Below are positions 59,660 through 64,000 of a DNA stretch of 64,000 bases, piece by piece (position 1 is the first letter of the stretch; every line of letters starts with the position of its first letter). Both the position numbers and the translations under genes were made by a program. Where the stretch lies: contig OZ257156.1 in assembly GCA_965279375.1 (NCBI GenBank), positions 288,001-352,000 on the forward strand. The letters run 5' to 3'. The notes under the pieces were generated by a model. That model saw only the letters and a list, made by a program, of their open reading frames with translations. It did not search any database and was not told the DNA's origin. The stretch is from Gemmatimonas sp. (GTDB lineage Bacteria; Gemmatimonadota; Gemmatimonadetes; Gemmatimonadales; Gemmatimonadaceae).

Positions 59660-62600
59660 ATGAGTCCTGATCGTGAGCTGCTCACTGCACTGTCCGCGCT
59701 CCGTCGCCAGTGGCGCCAACGCGTGCTGCTTGAATCGCTGGCCTGGCTCGCGCTTGCGTTGCTGCTGGCCGTCCTCATTGCGATGGCGACGCTGCAGTTC
59801 GCGACGGGGCCAACTGCACCGATGGCGGCGCGTGTGTTCGGCTACGCGCTCCTGGCGATCGCGGTCGTCTGGTTCCTGATCGTCCCGCTGCTGCGACGTC
59901 CGGACGACATTCGTTTCGCGTTGTACGTCGAAGAGCGCGCGCCCGAACTGCGGCAGTCGCTGCTGTCCGCCGTGCAGGAAGCGCAAATCCCAGAGGCGGA
60001 ACGCACCTCGCCGTCGCTCGCGCGCCGTCTTTTTTCGCGCGCGACCGCGGCCATTCGGCCACTGCAGCAACGCGCGACGATCGAGCGTCCGCGAATGCAG
60101 CGTGCGGCAACGTCACTGGGCGCGCTCGCGCTGACCGCCGTTGCGCTGTTCCTGCTGGCGCCCGCACGCGTGCGCGACGGTGCGCGCTTGCTGTTCGTTC
60201 CGTGGAGCACGGCCGAAGCGGCGACGCCGGTGCGTCTGGTGAACGTGCAACCGGGCAACGCGACGATTCCGCGCGGTGGCGCGACCGATGTGCAAGCGGC
60301 GCTGGTTGGATTTGCGGCCGACGGTGCGGAGTTGGTGTTTCGCAGTGATTCTGCGGCCGAGTGGGTGCGTCTGCCGATGGCACGTGAAGCGGATTCCACG
60401 GGCTTTCGTACGCGACTGTTCGATCTCACCAAGCCGACCGAGTACTACGTCGAGTCGGCCGATGTGCGGTCGCCGACGTATCGCCTCGCGATCAGCGATT
60501 TGCCGGCGGTGCAGCAGATCTCGCTCGAACTGCGCTTCCCGTCGTACAGCGGCCTGCCGATGGAGCGCATCGAGGACGGTGGCGATGTGGTAGCCGTGGT
60601 GGGCACGAGCGTGAAGGTGCAGGCGCACGTGACGCGGCGCGTGAAGGGTGGCGCGCTGCACTTCGACGACGGGACGACCGTACCGCTCGTGGTGGAGAAT
60701 GACAGTCTCGTGACGGGCACCTTCCGCGTGAGCAAGAACGGGTTCTATCGCATCGATCTCACCGCGGACGACGGCGCGACGGTGGCGGGCGCGGTGCAGT
60801 ACGTGGTGGAGGCCATTCCCGATCGTGCGCCGATGGTGAGCATCGAGGAACCGGGACGTGACACGAAGGTGGCCAACACGGATGAGGTCACGATCGCGGT
60901 GAAGGCCGGTGACGATCTCGGCGTCACGTCGCTCGAATTGCGCTATCGCGTGAATGGTGGTGAAGAGAAGCGCGTCTCGATGAAGGACAGCACGCGCCGC
61001 ACGCCGCGCGATGTGCGGGCCGCGCATACGCTGTTCCTCGAGGAGCTGTCGCTCACGCCCGGCGATCTCGTGGCCTATCACGCCGTCGCCAAGGACGGCG
61101 GCGGACACGAAGGCAGCAGCGATGTCTACTTCCTCGAAGTGCGACCGCTCTCCAAGAACTACAAGCAGGCGGAGCAGGGCGGTGGTGGCGGCGGAGGCGG
61201 TGGTGGTGGTGGTCAGGAAGACCCGGGCGGCTTTGTGGAGCGGCAGCGCGAAGTGGTCGCGGGCACGTTCAACTGGCTGCGCGACAGCAGCACAAGCGCT
61301 CCCAAGAAGCGGCGCGAAGACATCACCACACTCACGATCGCCGAAGGGCGCCTGCGCGAAGACGTGGCCGGCCTAACGAAGCGTCTCGTCGAGCGTGGGG
61401 TGTCCACGCGCGACACATCGTTCGCCAAGATCAAGGGTCAGCTCGACACGGCGGTTGCCGAGATCAAGACCACGGAAGAGAAGCTTGGCCGTGGACTTGG
61501 GCGGGAGGCGCTGCCGTCGGCACAGCGTGGCTTGCAGTATCTGCAGCGCGCCGAAGCGTTGTATCGCGACGTGCAGGTGCAGATGGGCCAGCAGCAAGGC
61601 GGCGGCGGTGGCGGTGGCGGCGGCGGGCAACAGAAGGCCGAAGACCTGGCCGACTTGTTCGGGCTCGAGACCGACAAGCTGCGCAACCAGTACGAGTCGG
61701 TGCAGCAACAGTCGTCGCAGCAGGATCAGTCCAAGCGCGAAGTGGACGAAACGCTGGAGCGTTTGAAGCAGCTCGCCGCGCGCCAGCAGCAGGAGAACGA
61801 GCGCATGCAGCGCATGGCGCAGGCGATGCGTGACCGTCTGGGGCGTGAATCGAGCGCGGGCGGCGGTGGTGGTGGACAGCGCGAGTTGGCCAAGGCAGCG
61901 GAAGAAGAGGCGCGCCGTCTCGAGCGGTTGTCGCGCGAGCAGAAGTCGCAGGAACTCGCCGATGCCGCACAGCGCATGCAACAGGCGGCCGATGCAATGC
62001 GTCGCGCAGCGGGCGGGTCGGCGTCGCAGGGGAATGCCGCGCTCGAGGAGCTGAACCGTGCCGCACGTCAGCTCGAAGACAACAAGTCGTCGAGCACCAA
62101 CAACGGCATTCAGAAGTTGTCGCAGCAGGCGCGCGATCTGGAATCGCGTCAAAGCGAAATCGCGGAAGGTGTGCAGGCGATGCAGGGCGCATCGGGAGAA
62201 CAGCGCGCGGAGCAGCAGCGTCGGCTCGCGGAAAAGAAGGACGCGTTGTCGCGCGATGTGGAGCGTCTCGAAGCTGAAACCGACCGACTGGCCCGCGATG
62301 GTCGTCGCGATCAGCCCAAGGCGGCGAGCAAGTTGGGCGAAGCGGCCGACGCCATTCGCGATGCGCGCTTGAAGGACAAGATCGACTTCTCGAAGAACGT
62401 CATGCGTGGCGGCTCGTCGGAGTATGCGAACGCCTTCGAGAACCAGATCAGCGAGAACATCAAGGACGTGGCTGACCGTATCGGCGCCGCGGCCGGCTCG
62501 ATGCAGGGCGAGTCGGCGTCGCGCACTCAGGAGAAGTCGCTCGAGAAGACCCGCGAGCTGGTACGCGGGCTGGAGTCGCTGCGCGAACGCATGGCCGATC

Positions 62601-63343
62601 GGAATGGCCAGCAGGGGCAGCAGGGGCAGCAGGGGCAGCAGGGGCAACAGGGGCAACAGGGGCAGCAGGGCCAGCAAGGGCAGCAGGGCCAGCAAGGGCA
62701 GCAGGGCCAGCAAGGGCAGCAGGGCCAGCAAGGCCAGCAGGGGCAGCAGGGGCAGCAGGGGCAGCAGGGGCAGCAGGGGCAGCAGGGCCAGCAGGGCCAG
62801 CAAGGCCAGCAGGGCCAGCAGGGCCAGCAGGGCCAAGGCGGCGACGGGCAGCAGGGGCAGCAGCAGGCGCAGGGTCAGGGTCGCGGCGGCAGCAACAACG
62901 GTGCGCCTCGTGGCGGCGGTACGCCCAATAGCTCGTTCCAAGGCGGTACGCAGAACGGCGCGCCAGTGCGCGGCATGGCCAGCAACGACTCGCGGCAGTT
63001 CGCGCGCGAGTTCCAGCTGCGCCGCGAAAACGCCGAGGCGCTCCGGCGTGAGGTCGCGCGTCAGGGCGCGGATACGCGCGAGCTCGATCGCGCGATCGAG
63101 AATCTGCGTCAGTTGGAGTCTGGGCGTGCGTTCGGCGACCCGCGCGGACTCGAGCAGCTGCAGTCCGCAATGATCGACGGACTCAAGTCGTTCGAGTTCT
63201 CACTCTACCGCGCACTCGGCTTGGGCGAGCAGGGACGGCCGGCGTTGGGTGCCACGGCGCCGGTGCCGGCAGAGTATCGCGCGATGATCGAGGAGTACTA
63301 TCGCTCGCTGGCTGGCGACAAGAAGGCGAGCAAGAAGCCGTAG
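59660..63343 (+). CDS. DUF4175-like large membrane-anchored Ig/coiled-coil protein
   Basis: 3 TMs, Ig-like region (PSYSG, DDLGV), long Gln-rich coiled coil, VPAEYRAMIEEYYRSL end. Confidence 0.82.
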   Translation: MSPDRELLTALSALRRQWRQRVLLESLAWLALALLLAVLIAMATLQFATGPTAPMAARVFGYALLAIAVVWFLIVPLLRRPDDIRFALYVEERAPELRQSLLSAVQEAQIPEAERTSPSLARRLFSRATAAIRPLQQRATIERPRMQRAATSLGALALTAVALFLLAPARVRDGARLLFVPWSTAEAATPVRLVNVQPGNATIPRGGATDVQAALVGFAADGAELVFRSDSAAEWVRLPMAREADSTGFRTRLFDLTKPTEYYVESADVRSPTYRLAISDLPAVQQISLELRFPSYSGLPMERIEDGGDVVAVVGTSVKVQAHVTRRVKGGALHFDDGTTVPLVVENDSLVTGTFRVSKNGFYRIDLTADDGATVAGAVQYVVEAIPDRAPMVSIEEPGRDTKVANTDEVTIAVKAGDDLGVTSLELRYRVNGGEEKRVSMKDSTRRTPRDVRAAHTLFLEELSLTPGDLVAYHAVAKDGGGHEGSSDVYFLEVRPLSKNYKQAEQGGGGGGGGGGGGQEDPGGFVERQREVVAGTFNWLRDSSTSAPKKRREDITTLTIAEGRLREDVAGLTKRLVERGVSTRDTSFAKIKGQLDTAVAEIKTTEEKLGRGLGREALPSAQRGLQYLQRAEALYRDVQVQMGQQQGGGGGGGGGGQQKAEDLADLFGLETDKLRNQYESVQQQSSQQDQSKREVDETLERLKQLAARQQQENERMQRMAQAMRDRLGRESSAGGGGGGQRELAKAAEEEARRLERLSREQKSQELADAAQRMQQAADAMRRAAGGSASQGNAALEELNRAARQLEDNKSSSTNNGIQKLSQQARDLESRQSEIAEGVQAMQGASGEQRAEQQRRLAEKKDALSRDVERLEAETDRLARDGRRDQPKAASKLGEAADAIRDARLKDKIDFSKNVMRGGSSEYANAFENQISENIKDVADRIGAAAGSMQGESASRTQEKSLEKTRELVRGLESLRERMADRNGQQGQQGQQGQQGQQGQQGQQGQQGQQGQQGQQGQQGQQGQQGQQGQQGQQGQQGQQGQQGQQGQQGQQGQQGQQGQGGDGQQGQQQAQGQGRGGSNNGAPRGGGTPNSSFQGGTQNGAPVRGMASNDSRQFAREFQLRRENAEALRREVARQGADTRELDRAIENLRQLESGRAFGDPRGLEQLQSAMIDGLKSFEFSLYRALGLGEQGRPALGATAPVPAEYRAMIEEYYRSLAGDKKASKKP
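62606..62830 (+). repeat. 9-bp coding tandem repeat, (GQQ)25
   Basis: GG[C/G] CA[A/G] CA[A/G] x25 = 225 bp. Confidence 0.92.
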
Positions 63344-63354
63344 CCCCGCGACGC

Positions 63355-64000
63355 TCAGTCGCGGTTGGGGAGCCCCGACTCGAGTCGCTGCTCCTCGAGA
63401 CGCACCCGCTTGTCGCGCTCGCTGTCGCGCCAGGTTCTTGGACCTGACGAGGCATCGTCGCCCAACCGCGGCAGGCGCATCCACGTGGTGCGGCGCGTTG
63501 CTGTCCAGGGCAATCCAATGCCTTTGCAGCCGTCGCCGCACCAGACGGTGAACTCGCTCATGCGCGTGACGACCAGCCGTCCCACGAGCGAGCCATTCGC
63601 GCCACCCACCAGAAACAGCTCGCGGGAACGCACGGGCTTATCGGACGCAGTCGTGGGCGAAGCGAGGTCGCGAGGAGGGACGGCGACGTTTCGCAGCGAA
63701 AGCCAGCCGTCCTTGCATGTGTAGTCGAGCGTGCGTCGAGAACGCAGCACTTCCGGCGCCGCGCCCGTGCCACTCACCTCGACGAGCAGTTCCTCGTTGG
63801 CGTCGCCGGAAATTTCGAGTGAACCGGGCATCGTCTCGGGATTGCCCGCCGCGAAGCCGCTGCCTGCAATCAACGAGAGCGTCAGCGTCTCCGTGTCGTC
63901 CTGATCCGACAGCGACGAGAGACGCGCCTCGGTCGCCGCCTCATACGCCCCCTGAAGATTCGGGCAGAGCGTATCGACGGCGGTGCGCAGCGGCCCCCAT
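63355..64000 (-). CDS. Hypothetical protein, 5' end outside the window
   Basis: Frame open to the window edge (WGPLRTAVDTLCPNLQGAYE...); WCGDGCKG motif. Confidence 0.65.
   Translation of the reverse strand, partial: WGPLRTAVDTLCPNLQGAYEAATEARLSSLSDQDDTETLTLSLIAGSGFAAGNPETMPGSLEISGDANEELLVEVSGTGAAPEVLRSRRTLDYTCKDGWLSLRNVAVPPRDLASPTTASDKPVRSRELFLVGGANGSLVGRLVVTRMSEFTVWCGDGCKGIGLPWTATRRTTWMRLPRLGDDASSGPRTWRDSERDKRVRLEEQRLESGLPNRD

Noticed and set aside
62606..62830. Regular repeat as a CRISPR array or collagen-like antisense ORF (62460-63170)
   Set aside because: No spacers; it is the in-frame GQQ tract, and the GPA-repeat ORF is its antisense shadow
128..63773. Many long alternative-frame and antisense ORFs in the track (e.g. 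128-1006, 3161-4780, 11275-13167, 58067-60070)
   Set aside because: Arg/Ala-rich shadows of motif-bearing genes, expected at high GC

Overview
High-GC bacterial chromosomal window; gene content and style suggest Gemmatimonadota (inference, not searched). About 1-28 kb is housekeeping/envelope: esterase, lepB, SWIB protein, nfo, pruA, PhzF, GGDEF, Omp85-like protein, M20 amidohydrolase, PP2C, PLP decarboxylase, DedA, a TetR-TolC-MFP-RND operon and a quinone oxidoreductase. About 28-43 kb is an accessory patchwork. It holds two related integron attC sites with no integrase in the window (a small CALIN-like array carrying a DUF433/DUF5615 toxin-antitoxin pair, DUF1801 and DinB genes), an IS3 remnant, an ArsR operon, a gene fragment, an amber-interrupted GT-C-like gene next to a GT2, and a PAS-GGDEF-EAL gene. 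About 43-64 kb holds xdhC, an in-frame MocA-DinB fusion, a tandem-domain M42 peptidase, a ~250-bp inverted-repeat element, and an 8-gene MoxR/VWA operon with a TPR-metallopeptidase, a caspase-fold-like protein and a (GQQ)25 coiled-coil protein. No rRNA, tRNA or CRISPR array was seen. All family assignments come from motif recognition by eye, not database searches.
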